Shown here: positions 14,638 to 24,851 of the stretch, piece by piece
Numbering within the stretch: position 1 is the first letter of the stretch
Layout of the letters: each line of letters begins with the position of its first letter
Virus record (IMG/VR): IMGVR_UViG_3300020161_002831
Location: 1 to 42,497 of that record
Reading direction: 5' to 3' (one strand)
Length of the DNA stretch: 42,497 bases
Source of the DNA: a virus
Lineage: Duplodnaviria; Caudoviricetes
Program-made: the position numbers and the translations under genes
The notes under the pieces: model-generated
Told to the model about the DNA's origin: nothing
What the model saw: the letters and a program-made list of their open reading frames with translations, nothing else
The model's database searches: none

Positions 14638-17600
14638 TCAGGTGGTGATTACGACGTCAATCGCATTCACGGGGAACCAAGGCGTTACCTTGCACGCCGC
14701 CACGATGCCGTCGAGACGATTGGGATTGCGACCAATCGAAGTAACTGCCGCCTCGGCGAGCGGGCGGTTCTCACCGACGAACGCGGACGAGACGCCGTTC
14801 AGTCCGAGACCAAGCGCCTGCAGGAACGTCTTGGTGATGTTGTTACGGCCAACGCGACCGCGAATCTGATTCCGGATCGCCTTCGCGTACACATCCACCG
14901 AACGACGGATGGACATTTCCTGCGCCACAATCGACGAGGTGTCGGTCGATAGCTGGTGTCGCACCAGCAGCGGCGCACCCTCGGTATCCTGCACTACCCA
15001 CAGGATGCCGCCGGAAGCGGCCGTGGCCATCTCGTCTTCACTGAAGATGTCGCTGGACCCCTCGACACCCATAAAGCCCACGAGCGGGTAGTTGGAGAAC
15101 GACTGCTGCGGAGGAAGCTGTCCGCACATGGCGGCGAGAGCAGCGGAGATGTAGTAACCCGGAACCGACGCCTTCGTGCCGTTGACGGGCATGATCACCC
15201 GCTCCGGCAGTACGAGGAACAGACGCTGGTTCTGGTAGCCGCCGGGACCGCCGGCAATCTCGGCGAGCGTCTCACACAGCGCGAGGCGACCGGCAGCGCG
15301 ACTCTTGTCAATTGCGGCCTGCCGAATGTTCACGCTGCACAGTTCTCCGTCGACCTCGAAGCTGCTCAGGTGCGACGAGTCCGTCTGGAAGTACGCATCG
15401 CCGTTCCCGCCAGTGCCAGGACCCTGACCCGGTAGGTACAGATTGGTCGTATCGATCTGCACCGTGGTCGCGCTGACAATCTTCGTGATCAGCCAGCGGA
15501 AGGCGTCGCCACCGCGGTCGAGGAACAGGCCGACCTCGGGGCCGTAGTCCTGGCCAACCGACGCGGAGATCGTATTGCCGTTCGCATCCGCCTTCCCGTC
15601 GAGTGCCGTCACGACGTTGAGGGTGTCGTCAGTGAAGGTAAGCTCGTACTTGCCCCCGCCCACACTCTCGATGGTCATGTTCCCCGAGATAGCGAGCTTG
15701 GGCTCCTTCTCCGTGGGGAGCTTGAGGTTACACAGACCGATACGCTCCTTGCCCTGGTCAGCGCCAGAGAAGGTGGTCACGTGCGCGCCCACTAGGTCGG
15801 CAATAACGCGGTCCTGCGAGCAGGTTGCGAGCGAGTAGACCTCCTTGCGACCGAGGAAGCCGAGCGCCTGCTCGTAGGCTTCTAGCGTCCCGTTAGGAGC
15901 GTCTGCGCTCACGTCCGACACGCCAAGTGCGGCGAGCTGGATGCTGGGCGCGTTGAGGAAGCCGCAGTACAGTGCGTACGCGAGCGGATTCTCCGGGGAG
16001 ATAGGCCCGATGAGCGCCGCCACCTCGTCCGTGTTGTTGAACAGCAACAGCTGCGGAACACCGGCGGCTGCCGTCACGTCCAGACGGAGGGCCTTGTATC
16101 CGACGTACAGCGGAGCGTTGCCGGCCAGCGCCAGACCGGCACTGGAGCGGTTCAGTACGTGCTTCAGTTCAAACGACTGCGTCGTCGTGTTGACGGTCAT
16201 CTCAGGCTGGAGGCGGTCGTTCGCCTCGGCATCAAGACCATGCGCCACGATGTACCAGTCGTAGAGGTAGCCGGCGTTGGCCACTGCGTACTCGCTCAGC
16301 GCGAGCTGCGCACCAGTGAACACGCTGCTACCGACCTTGAAGTCCTGCACAGCCACAACGCGGCCCAGAACGTTGGTACCGTTCTTGATCATGTCGCCGA
16401 CGTACACCGGGTGGCTATCGCCGTGGAACACGCGACCGCTGTATGACAGCTGGTTGGGATTCAGCGCGGAGTACCAGTCGCGCACGAAGGTGACATCCAC
16501 CCGCGGAGTCGCGGGGAATCGAGCGAACAGCGCCGTCTTGTTGGTGGCGTTATGCCCGGCCGTGTCGTCACCGCGAAGCACGATGGTGATGTCACCGGGG
16601 TCCGTGCTCGTCGCGTCAGCGCTGTACACGACCTTCGACGTAGAGTCCAGCAGATAAGTGGTCAGCACGGACGGGCTGGAGAAGTCGAACGTGTCGGCCG
16701 AGAACACACCGTTGCGCAATCCGTTGCTCACGGAGATGACGCGCAGTGCGTTGGACTCGCCATCATCCTTGACCAGAATCGAGGCAACAGCGCTGGAGGT
16801 CTCGGTATCGAGCAGCCCGGTGAACAGCGCGGTCAGCAGCGCGGAAGAGCCGGCAGTCACGATCTTGAACGTGGCGGGGGTCGCCGCCACATCGTAGATA
16901 CACAGTTTGCCATTGACCGCGGAGGTGTACAGCTTGCCGTTAAGCACCGTGGCGGCAATACGCGCGTTCAGTACGACAACGACTTCAGCCAGGGTCGGAT
17001 TCGCGTCAAACGCACCGATGGCCGCGGTAATCGTCGTCTCCGCACCGTTGTACGAAAACACAAGCGGCAAAGCGGCGGCGTTACTTGCCAGATCCGCGAG
17101 CGCCTCGGCCGTGACCTCCGAAAGAATGAAGGAGGGAATCAGGAGGCTGCGCAGCGTAAGGGACAGGTTCCCTGGTACGAGCGTGGTCTCGCCGCGTGTG
17201 GACGCAGACGGGTTGTAGACCGCCGGCCCCATCGTCGCGCCACGGCGCTTTGCATTTGCGTCGTAGGCCGCGAGAAGTTCCATGGCGGCATTGGTGACCG
17301 TACGCTGGCGGAAGCCACCGAACAGGTTCTCAATTAGCCGTGGGGAGCCCTTCAACTGGATGGTCGAGTCGTGGCAGTCTGGGGCGGTTGCCGCAATCTG
17401 CAGAACCGAGACTTCCTCACCTCGCGGGTTGTTCAGCGTGACCACGCTCGCCGACCCGAGTGCATCGGGCTCGATGACGGCGTTGATGGCAGTGACCACA
17501 GACACATCGGACGAGAACGACACTTCGCGCCACGTCGAACCGCCGATGGAGAGCAGAAGCGACTCACCGACGATATCCAGGTCGCCACCGGTAACGTTCT

Positions 17601-18909
17601 CGGTCGCGTGCTGCACCGCACCCGTCACAGTCGCGATCTGTGTTTCAACTCCGGGGGTCGTCCCGAAGTTCACCGGGTCTACACCGTTGGAGAGATAGTG
17701 CGTCGCGAAGAACGGCTCGCAATCCGTCTGGTAGCAGACGGAATCAGCCAGGGTGGAGTCGTACGCGAACTCCAGTAGCACGTGCTGTGCCGCGTCGAGG
17801 CCGACCGGCGAAGACAGCGCGTCAGCCAGCTCAGCGAACGTGCAGTCCGTACCGATATTAACGGTTAATACATCGCCGGCCCACGACACGCTCGTCGCGT
17901 CCTCGGCCGAGACCACCACCGTAATATCGTTGCCGGCAGCGCCGATGTAGTTACCAACCGTACCGTTCGAAGCTGCCAGCCAGTTCTGTAGACCGACGGC
18001 CGTGACGCGCAGGTAGTTCTGCCCGGCGCAGTCCGGCCATGCAGCCGTCGTCCCATCCGTGATGTCCGCGCCGTGGTTCTTGTAGTGCACGAACGGGATC
18101 GTGACGGATGCGTGCACGCCGGGATTCACGACGAGATTGGTCTTCGAGGTCGAGGACCGCTTACCGAACAGTGGCGTGCGCGTGTTCGACAGCGCGGGCT
18201 GGCAGGCACGCGTCACCGCTACGTTCGACACCTTGCTGTCGCCACCCGTGTAGGAGTTCCAGTTCACAGCCGATTCCTGGCTGAGACTGAGCAGCGTGTT
18301 GTTGAAGAACCGGTATACCGCCACGTCCTGTGAGTCGAACGTGATCTCGTCGACCGATGCCTTCGGAGACGGCATGTCCTTGTACGAGATGCTGGCGGCC
18401 AGACCGTCGTACGCGGACATGCCAGAGATGTCGCGCTCCACGAACGACGCGAGACCCAGGTCGGTGTACCCGTCGTCGTCAATCGTCATGAGCTTCAGAC
18501 GCGCCGACGCGCCCTTGGCCAGCGTGCGAATCACGAGCTGATTGTTCAGGAAGCGCGCGTACGCCCCCGACAGCTGCGAGTTGATGCTGTTGACGACGAG
18601 TGCCTGCGAGATGGGCATCGAGTTCACAGTGATCGGGAAGCCAATCACCTGACCCGAACCGCCGCCGACCGCGATCTTCAGCTTCTTACCGCTCAGCGAG
18701 ATGAGGTCGCCTACCGAGTCAGCGCGCACCTGTGCGGCAAGCAGCACGAGAGCGTCGGAGTTCTTCTCACCCGCGGGAGTCAGCGGTTCCACAATCTGGA
18801 AGCACGGACCGACCATGCAGGGGAGAAGGGAGGGAGTCAGAACGGTAGGCGGCTGCGCCGTGGTTACCTGACTGACTGTAACGCGTGGACGGTAAAGCTT
18901 GGCAGCCAT
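14638..18909 (-). CDS. contractile tail sheath protein (very large)
   Basis: N-terminal YRPRVTVSQ...MVGP; C-terminal VPGYYISAALAAM, FSNYPLVGF, GGILWVVQ, VRHQLST, EMSIRRSVD, PVNAIDV. Confidence 0.85.
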   Translation of the reverse strand: MAAKLYRPRVTVSQVTTAQPPTVLTPSLLPCMVGPCFQIVEPLTPAGEKNSDALVLLAAQVRADSVGDLISLSGKKLKIAVGGGSGQVIGFPITVNSMPISQALVVNSINSQLSGAYARFLNNQLVIRTLAKGASARLKLMTIDDDGYTDLGLASFVERDISGMSAYDGLAASISYKDMPSPKASVDEITFDSQDVAVYRFFNNTLLSLSQESAVNWNSYTGGDSKVSNVAVTRACQPALSNTRTPLFGKRSSTSKTNLVVNPGVHASVTIPFVHYKNHGADITDGTTAAWPDCAGQNYLRVTAVGLQNWLAASNGTVGNYIGAAGNDITVVVSAEDATSVSWAGDVLTVNIGTDCTFAELADALSSPVGLDAAQHVLLEFAYDSTLADSVCYQTDCEPFFATHYLSNGVDPVNFGTTPGVETQIATVTGAVQHATENVTGGDLDIVGESLLLSIGGSTWREVSFSSDVSVVTAINAVIEPDALGSASVVTLNNPRGEEVSVLQIAATAPDCHDSTIQLKGSPRLIENLFGGFRQRTVTNAAMELLAAYDANAKRRGATMGPAVYNPSASTRGETTLVPGNLSLTLRSLLIPSFILSEVTAEALADLASNAAALPLVFSYNGAETTITAAIGAFDANPTLAEVVVVLNARIAATVLNGKLYTSAVNGKLCIYDVAATPATFKIVTAGSSALLTALFTGLLDTETSSAVASILVKDDGESNALRVISVSNGLRNGVFSADTFDFSSPSVLTTYLLDSTSKVVYSADATSTDPGDITIVLRGDDTAGHNATNKTALFARFPATPRVDVTFVRDWYSALNPNQLSYSGRVFHGDSHPVYVGDMIKNGTNVLGRVVAVQDFKVGSSVFTGAQLALSEYAVANAGYLYDWYIVAHGLDAEANDRLQPEMTVNTTTQSFELKHVLNRSSAGLALAGNAPLYVGYKALRLDVTAAAGVPQLLLFNNTDEVAALIGPISPENPLAYALYCGFLNAPSIQLAALGVSDVSADAPNGTLEAYEQALGFLGRKEVYSLATCSQDRVIADLVGAHVTTFSGADQGKERIGLCNLKLPTEKEPKLAISGNMTIESVGGGKYELTFTDDTLNVVTALDGKADANGNTISASVGQDYGPEVGLFLDRGGDAFRWLITKIVSATTVQIDTTNLYLPGQGPGTGGNGDAYFQTDSSHLSSFEVDGELCSVNIRQAAIDKSRAAGRLALCETLAEIAGGPGGYQNQRLFLVLPERVIMPVNGTKASVPGYYISAALAAMCGQLPPQQSFSNYPLVGFMGVEGSSDIFSEDEMATAASGGILWVVQDTEGAPLLVRHQLSTDTSSIVAQEMSIRRSVDVYAKAIRNQIRGRVGRNNITKTFLQALGLGLNGVSSAFVGENRPLAEAAVTSIGRNPNRLDGIVAACKVTPWFPVNAIDVVITT
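17856..17870. repeat. 15-bp palindrome copy (inside sheath gene)
   Basis: TATTAACGGTTAATA. Confidence 0.95.
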
Positions 18910-18997
18910 TGGCTAGGACTCCATCACAGTGTTTGCGGTCAAGAGGAGTATACAAACGAACAGTGGCAAGACCAAAGTCCCGCGCTATTCGAATCCG

Positions 18998-19618
18998 CTA
19001 TTTCGTAGTAGCGGTCATGATGAAATGGCGAATCTTGCCAAAAAACTGTTCCGAGTCAACGAGCAGGCGGTCCTGCATGTACACTGGAACAGAGAGCTGC
19101 ACACCGCGAAAGTCGCCGCTCGGGGACCCCGGCATGAAGCGCGAATAGTCATCTTCCTGGCTCATCTGCATACGGCCGGTCAGGATGGCATGAAGCTTCG
19201 CCGCTCGCTGTAGCTCTCCCTTGAACGGAATCACAAGGCGAAATAGCAGGTACGCCAGCCACTGTGCCTCCGCACCCTCTCTGGCGCCGACCGTGATGAT
19301 GATCGTCGAGGACATCAAGTCGGAGGTGGACCGACTGGTATCCATGAGAGATTGCATTTCCATCTGGTTGATCGAGAGTCCAGAGAATCCGATTGGCCCT
19401 CGCGAAACGATGACGCGCGGGCGCTGCATCCCGTTCACTTCAGGTTCCTGGCCCGCGACCAGAATTTCAGAAGTCTCCGGGTCTTCGGTCCACCGGTAGC
19501 GCCCAAGCGGCAAGCTAGCGAACACTCCCTGCGCCCAGATAATCCAGGCGCGTGTAACTCCCTGCCAGGGGTCGTTGACCTGAACCTGCGCGTTAGTAAT
19601 CGGTGTGAGGGGCTGCAC
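18998..19618 (-). CDS. putative tail terminator/completion protein
   Basis: Position between neck and sheath genes; RPRVIVSRG and alpha/beta pattern. Confidence 0.5.
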   Translation of the reverse strand: MQPLTPITNAQVQVNDPWQGVTRAWIIWAQGVFASLPLGRYRWTEDPETSEILVAGQEPEVNGMQRPRVIVSRGPIGFSGLSINQMEMQSLMDTSRSTSDLMSSTIIITVGAREGAEAQWLAYLLFRLVIPFKGELQRAAKLHAILTGRMQMSQEDDYSRFMPGSPSGDFRGVQLSVPVYMQDRLLVDSEQFFGKIRHFIMTATTK

Positions 19619-19622
19619 AGTG

Positions 19623-20525
19623 TTAACCTCTTGTCGGATCGTAGATATAGCGTAACGCAGTGTCTAAGTCCGACGATTCCACGTTCTGTGGCGCGGTGTA
19701 GTTTCGGTCTGGAGAGGCGGAGAGGTTGCGTACCTCCTCGGTTGTGAGTCGCAGCGGTATGCGGTACTCGATGTCAGACAGAGGTATTCTGAACAGCGTG
19801 CCCTGCTGCCGAACCAACGCTCTCCCGAACATCACTTTCTGTACGCGCGAGCCGACCTTCCACCGGACGTTCTCCGCCTCAATCACTAAGAACTTATCGC
19901 CGAGTTCTGGGTAGTTCCCGAGCGCGAAGGTCGTGTTCTCGACCTCGGTCTGCGCCGACTGCGGAGTCCGCATTACTGCCTGATCAGGAGTAACGATCTG
20001 CATGTAGCACTCAATGGGCGCGAAGTAGCCGCCGGCCCAGCCGGTACCGAAACACGCGCCGCAGTTACCCAGAAGTCTCTTCTGCTGCACGCGGTCCCAA
20101 CAAGTCGTGCAACGCTGCCCTCCGGTGCGGATTGGGAAAATCCAGACCTTTCGCCCCTTGGCCTCGCGGAGAATCAGGTTCTCCATGCGCGCCATCTCCA
20201 GCGCCGTAAGGTCTGGCTCTGCCGATAAGCGTACGCCCCCTTCCGCGGGGTACACGAACTCTTCGACGGCAGACCGACGCCGGACGCGTAGCCGATACCA
20301 CAGGCGGTCATAGAACGAGTGCTGACCGCGAATGGTTGTGTCTCTAAACCAGAACTGCCCGATTTGTGCTGCGCCCACATCGGCATACGGGCCGTACTGC
20401 GAGATTGACCGCTGGACGAAGCACTCGTAGTCCAGCACGTCGTCGTAGCAGGGTGCTACGTCCCAGAAAATGTCTAGGTAATCGATACTGAAGCTGCGGA
20501 CGAGAAGGCGGGTTATGTTCAGCAT
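19623..20525 (-). CDS. putative neck/head-closure protein with Zn finger
   Basis: FN3-like N-terminus, CTTCWD...CGACFGTGW, position among neck genes. Confidence 0.55.
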   Translation of the reverse strand: MLNITRLLVRSFSIDYLDIFWDVAPCYDDVLDYECFVQRSISQYGPYADVGAAQIGQFWFRDTTIRGQHSFYDRLWYRLRVRRRSAVEEFVYPAEGGVRLSAEPDLTALEMARMENLILREAKGRKVWIFPIRTGGQRCTTCWDRVQQKRLLGNCGACFGTGWAGGYFAPIECYMQIVTPDQAVMRTPQSAQTEVENTTFALGNYPELGDKFLVIEAENVRWKVGSRVQKVMFGRALVRQQGTLFRIPLSDIEYRIPLRLTTEEVRNLSASPDRNYTAPQNVESSDLDTALRYIYDPTRG

Positions 20526-20528
20526 ACG

Positions 20529-20543
20529 TATTAACCGTTAATA
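20529..20543. repeat. 15-bp palindrome copy (intergenic)
   Basis: TATTAACCGTTAATA; a decayed copy TATTAACGGAAATA follows at 20560-20573. Confidence 0.95.
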
Positions 20544-20574
20544 ATAGGGAGTACCTACATATTAACGGAAATAC

Positions 20575-21327
20575 TCAGGGAGTGGTTGCGGGCTGGGTTT
20601 CTGACTGCGCGGCGCGCTGTGCGGCGCGGCGGCGCATAACGAGCGCAAGTGTTCCGGCTCCGGCTACTGCGCCAGCGACCGGAAGAACGGCTGAATTCAT
20701 CTTGAAGCGCTTATTTGCTTGCCGTCTCTGCGAGATTTTGTCTGCAACGAAGCCGAGATTTTCTTCAACCGACCGACCGGTCAAAGCGCGAGACTTCAAC
20801 AGCGCGGGTACGCCCTGTACTGGATTCGAACGGGCGTGTCGCGCTAACGCGGCAAGCTCCTGCGCCTTCTTAGCTCCGCCGCCCATGGCAGCGTCCGCGC
20901 GCAGTACATTCTGCACGGCATTCTGATAACCCGCGTTTGGGTGCCGAGCAACGTCACGATGGAATTTGTCTAGGGGCTGCTGACTGCGAAAGCTGCGAGC
21001 CTTAATCCGCGCTTTCAGTGAAGCCCAGCGCCCCAGTTCCGGAGCAGTGGCCGCGCCGTAGTAGTCGTGCGCGGCTTGCCGTAGTAGTCGGAGTTCACTC
21101 TTCACGCCGGCCGTCTTTACGGGCTTCGCTTCGGGAGCTTTCACCGTAGCGGATCTGACCGCGAACGTGTTGGTAGGCCCCATGGCGCGAACCGTGTTAC
21201 GCGCCTTGACGTCAACTGGAGTCGTTCCGCCGGTCTTCAGAAGGTTGAAGAACTGAGCAGCCGCGAGCTTCTGCTGTACGTCGGGAGCCCGTTCTTCGGT
21301 CAACATTGCGAGAAGTGTGCTGGACAT
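20575..21327 (-). CDS. basic virion protein with K-x-A motifs and C-terminal hydrophobic helix
   Basis: QKLAA, VKTAG; VLPVAGAVAGAGTLALVMRRR. Confidence 0.65.
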   Translation of the reverse strand: MSSTLLAMLTEERAPDVQQKLAAAQFFNLLKTGGTTPVDVKARNTVRAMGPTNTFAVRSATVKAPEAKPVKTAGVKSELRLLRQAAHDYYGAATAPELGRWASLKARIKARSFRSQQPLDKFHRDVARHPNAGYQNAVQNVLRADAAMGGGAKKAQELAALARHARSNPVQGVPALLKSRALTGRSVEENLGFVADKISQRRQANKRFKMNSAVLPVAGAVAGAGTLALVMRRRAAQRAAQSETQPATTP

Positions 21328-21689
21328 CACAGTTTCCTCGACCAGTTGTACACGTTGTTCACCATGGAGATGTACAGGTGCGCCTCGTCGCCGGCATTGT
21401 CAGGTACACGGATTCGCAAGCCGCCGCGGGAAGGTACGTCCATATCGAAGCTGATGACGTAGGTTCCATCGGCCGCCGTCTGCTGGTTATCCGCGACGAG
21501 CTGAGGGCTCGCGGCCCACACCGAGTCAGAGGGTGACACGTCGATGTACACGTTCTGCGTAGCCGTGACGCCGGTCAGTACGATCTGAAACTTGGTGAAA
21601 CACTGCGCTTCCGGTACTTCGACGCTAATTGCTCCGTCTAGCGCGTAGTCCTTCCGGTAGTAGTCCGACTGTCTGTAGTCGATACCCAT
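21327..21689 (-). CDS. small beta-rich virion protein
   Basis: ATG 21689 after GGGGAG; 120 aa. Confidence 0.65.
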   Translation of the reverse strand: MGIDYRQSDYYRKDYALDGAISVEVPEAQCFTKFQIVLTGVTATQNVYIDVSPSDSVWAASPQLVADNQQTAADGTYVISFDMDVPSRGGLRIRVPDNAGDEAHLYISMVNNVYNWSRKL

Positions 21690-21693
21690 GCTG

Positions 21694-22242
21694 TCACTCC
21701 CCGCCAAATAGGCTGTTTACAAGTGCGTACTCTGACGCAACACCTGAGCCGTTGAAACCGCCGCCCAGATTCTGCGCAATCTTGATTCGCTGCTTCTTGC
21801 CTTCGTACCCTTGTTCGAACATGGCTGCCCACGCCCGGTACGTATCTCCCTTATCACTGATACTGACCTGCTGCCCCTGCCCGTCCGAATACCGAAGTTG
21901 ATTACGAGTTTGTAGCAGCCCTAGCGAGTAGAGCAGTGACACAATCGCTTTGTCGATCAACAGCGGGATACTGGGGTGGGACGAGAAAGTCACTGCGTCC
22001 AGCAACGGGGGCGTGGTATTCCAGTCAGTCAGCGCCTCGACAAGCGCAAGCGCGATCTGCCGATCAGAGTGTTCCACCCCGGCGGTCAATCGGTTCAGCT
22101 GCGGGTAGTCACGCAGCTTGGCGCGCACGACTGCGATGAGAGAGCGCAGCTCTTCGCCCGCACGGAGTAGCCCCGCGTCCGCCACGGCTTCGGTTCCGGC
22201 CGGGATATTTCCTGGGAAGTTGCCGTTATCCGGGTCAGACAT
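21694..22242 (-). CDS. putative head-tail adaptor protein
   Basis: Helical N-terminus VRAKLRD...ALTDWNTTPP then a beta-hairpin YSDGQGQQVSISDK; downstream of the capsid gene. Confidence 0.55.
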   Translation of the reverse strand: MSDPDNGNFPGNIPAGTEAVADAGLLRAGEELRSLIAVVRAKLRDYPQLNRLTAGVEHSDRQIALALVEALTDWNTTPPLLDAVTFSSHPSIPLLIDKAIVSLLYSLGLLQTRNQLRYSDGQGQQVSISDKGDTYRAWAAMFEQGYEGKKQRIKIAQNLGGGFNGSGVASEYALVNSLFGGE

Positions 22243-22257
22243 TGATTGGCTCCAGAG

Positions 22258-22272
22258 TATTAACCGTTAATA
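22258..22272. repeat. 15-bp palindrome copy (intergenic)
   Basis: TATTAACCGTTAATA. Confidence 0.95.
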
Positions 22273-22335
22273 ACGCTGTTAGCTAACGGCTTTTATAGCA
22301 GGCCGGCGTGCGCGGTATGACCAAGCCACACGAGG

Positions 22336-22935
22336 TCAGCCTTCGGGCGCGCTAACCGGTCTAACGCGCGGCATGATGGCTTTACGTACAGGGCGGGCCG
22401 CCTGCTTTGAGTTTACATCAGACGTGGGAGCGGGCGTAGCCACTTCGGGTACCTCGTCGACAGGCGCGTCACTTACGGCGGGCGCATCGGTGGTCTCCTC
22501 CACTTCCGCGTCGGTTTCGGCCGCTACCGGCGGAGCGTCCGCAATCACCTCATCCACGGCAGCAGGCGTTTCATCTACGACCGCCGGTTCCGCCGACTTC
22601 TCTTCCACCACGGGTGCTGGTACATCCGCCGCCTTCGCCTCGACCTCGGCCTCGGTATTAACGGTTAATACCGGCGACGCCTCGGGTGTGGCCCACCGCT
22701 CCCACATGCTCTCATCGGTGCCCGGCAGCTTCTCCACGGTGAGCAGCCCGGCCGTAACATAGCTGCGGATACGCCCCATCGTACGCTGGAAGGCGGCGTC
22801 CTGCAACACTACTGGGCGCTTCAACTCCTTGCCTTCCAACATGACCTTACCGCGGCGCGCTTCTACGGAGATACCGGCGCTGGACCGACGGCGAGGATCA
22901 CGGCGCGTATTCACAAGAGGAATGAGCTTTACCAT
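22336..22935 (-). CDS. hypothetical protein with acidic Ala/Pro/Val-rich tail
   Basis: GGAG RBS; low-complexity C-terminal half; carries a 15-bp palindrome read as VLTVN. Confidence 0.7.
   Translation of the reverse strand: MVKLIPLVNTRRDPRRRSSAGISVEARRGKVMLEGKELKRPVVLQDAAFQRTMGRIRSYVTAGLLTVEKLPGTDESMWERWATPEASPVLTVNTEAEVEAKAADVPAPVVEEKSAEPAVVDETPAAVDEVIADAPPVAAETDAEVEETTDAPAVSDAPVDEVPEVATPAPTSDVNSKQAARPVRKAIMPRVRPVSAPEG
22656..22670. repeat. 15-bp palindrome copy (intragenic)
   Basis: TATTAACGGTTAATA, extendable to 21 bp (CGG...CCG). Confidence 0.95.
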
Positions 22936-22954
22936 CTCGAAGTCTCCTATCTCC

Positions 22955-22991
22955 AAAAAGAAAAAACCCGGTCGTCAAATGACGCCGGGTT
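22955..22991 (-). terminator. rho-independent terminator after the major capsid gene
   Basis: Minus strand AACCCGGCGTCA-TT-TGACGACCGGGTT then TTTTCTTTT. Confidence 0.8.
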
Positions 22992-23035
22992 ATCGTAACA
23001 TCTTCGGGGTGTCGGGCGACACCCTTGTTACGGGA

Positions 23036-24232
23036 TCAGAACTGCGACATGTTCGGGACGGTCACGCCCTGCTCAACGAGGTTGTTGAGCTTGCCCTGCT
23101 CCTTCTCGGGAAGCGGGAGGAAGCGTGCACGGAGCACCGAGTTGTCCGCGGAGGTCGTCTCCACGGAGCCAGCGAACAGCTCCAGCTTGCGGACGGCAGC
23201 GACGTTACCGAAGTACATCGTCGTGTCTTCCCAGCCCTCGAAGCTGAACCGGTTGCGCTCCTTGGCGGCCCAGAACTGCAGCTTGTTGAACACCAGGAAG
23301 CCGCCGAGGAAGTCTTCCGCGGTGAAGGCGTAGATCGAGCCGGGACGAAGAACGCCCGTCTTGATCGTACGCACGTACCGAGTGTTGACCACCTTGTCGT
23401 ACTTCCAGCCGTTGACAGCCGTCTCGCCGACGATGTTGTTGCCGACATCGTTGACAGTCCAGGCAGAGAGGTCACCCTCGTCGGCCTCGGACATGAGGAA
23501 CAGCTCACAGCGCAGCGGGCCGGGGCTCGCCGTACCGACACCACCGGTGCCGGGGAACAGCTTGCGTAGCTTGATCAGGTCGTCCTTCTGCACCGCGTAG
23601 TGCAGCGACTCGGTGACGCTGGCCGTGCCAGCAGCAGCGGACGTGTTCTGAAGCACGTCTACCGACTTCACCTTGCCGACCTCGGGGACACCGGCGTTCA
23701 CGTTCGCAGCGGTGAACGCTGCAGCGTCGGCGTAGCTGGCGCCGAACACGAGACCCTGCGCAGCCTGCTGCAGATTCTGCGTGCAGCTCTCGCTGTGCAG
23801 AAGGAACGTGATGTCCTGTACGGTACCGATGTCGTTCACGATGTTCTTGCGGATGAACTCCGTGATCGGCCAGGGGTACGCCATCAGCTCCTGCTCGGTC
23901 TGCTCGTAGCGGTCGGAACCTACGGTACCGAACGCGACCTCAAACTTCGGCGCGGAGAAGTAGTTGGCCGACGGCTGGGCGCGGAAGGACATGGAGAGAG
24001 CCCGCGTACGGGGCTCGGTCCACACCAGCTTGACCAGCGTGTCGTGGTTGACGCTGAACTGAAGCTCGTCGCGGGACACGGACTTCTTGGTCAGGACCTT
24101 CTCAGCGAAGGACTCTTCGCGGAGGTGATCCTTGCAGAAATCGGCGGCCTGACCTGCGAACTTCTCTTTGAACCCCGGTTCCTCGAAACGAGTCAGGAAC
24201 AGGGAGTTCACGGTGGCGGCATTATCGCTCAT
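23036..24232 (-). CDS. major capsid protein
   Basis: 398 aa, extreme GC3 bias, own terminator, downstream of protease/scaffold/decoration genes; LREESFAEKVL and C-terminal FSFEGWEDTTMYFGNVAAVRKLEL fit an HK97-fold layout. Confidence 0.75.
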   Translation of the reverse strand: MSDNAATVNSLFLTRFEEPGFKEKFAGQAADFCKDHLREESFAEKVLTKKSVSRDELQFSVNHDTLVKLVWTEPRTRALSMSFRAQPSANYFSAPKFEVAFGTVGSDRYEQTEQELMAYPWPITEFIRKNIVNDIGTVQDITFLLHSESCTQNLQQAAQGLVFGASYADAAAFTAANVNAGVPEVGKVKSVDVLQNTSAAAGTASVTESLHYAVQKDDLIKLRKLFPGTGGVGTASPGPLRCELFLMSEADEGDLSAWTVNDVGNNIVGETAVNGWKYDKVVNTRYVRTIKTGVLRPGSIYAFTAEDFLGGFLVFNKLQFWAAKERNRFSFEGWEDTTMYFGNVAAVRKLELFAGSVETTSADNSVLRARFLPLPEKEQGKLNNLVEQGVTVPNMSQF

Positions 24233-24247
24233 GTTCGCTCCTCTTCC

Positions 24248-24832
24248 TTACGGTGCGGTCCGCTCGACGCGGAACGTGGGGTGCTTGTAGATGCGGACCT
24301 TGAGACGCTGACCCGACGCCGGCAGCGCCGCCGGACCAGTCTCAAGCACATGACCGACGACCCACCCGAACTCCGTGGCCGCGAGCGGGCGAAGGACGAG
24401 TCGGGCCGTCGAGCCCTGCACTGTCCCGGAGGCGACCGCTACCGTCAGCGGGGTACCTGCGGGGTACTCGCTGGCCACGGTGGCATCTTCACTGGCCATG
24501 TTGTACAGGTTGGTCTCGACATCGATGTCACCATCGAAGTAGGGGACCCGCTTGTGGCCGGACGAACGGCGGTCCGTGTGCTCCGCGGAGCCCCAGACCA
24601 TCCGAAGACTGCGCCCATCAGCGTCGGACATCGCCACGTTGCCGAGTGCAGCGCCGAAGGCTGCATCCGTCTCGTGCGAACCAACACCATCGAGCACTAC
24701 GATGAACTGGCCGTCCTCGGGCGTGACGGCCATTGCGCTGCAGTCAGCATCGCGAACCAGATCAGGACGAATGATCGAGCTGATCGGCTTGGCGTTCTGA
24801 CGGCGGGCGTTACTGGCGGTTGTTGCTGCCAT
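24248..24832 (-). CDS. putative head decoration/cement protein
   Basis: Immediately upstream of the capsid gene; beta-rich; YPAGTPLTV and GWVVGHV. Confidence 0.55.
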   Translation of the reverse strand: MAATTASNARRQNAKPISSIIRPDLVRDADCSAMAVTPEDGQFIVVLDGVGSHETDAAFGAALGNVAMSDADGRSLRMVWGSAEHTDRRSSGHKRVPYFDGDIDVETNLYNMASEDATVASEYPAGTPLTVAVASGTVQGSTARLVLRPLAATEFGWVVGHVLETGPAALPASGQRLKVRIYKHPTFRVERTAP

Positions 24833-24851
24833 GTTACGTTCCTTCCGTTAC

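Noticed and set aside
13208-18909. Sheath and tube as an eCIS, tailocin or T6SS locus
   Set aside because: Capsid, protease and terminase genes are in the same block, so this is a phage.
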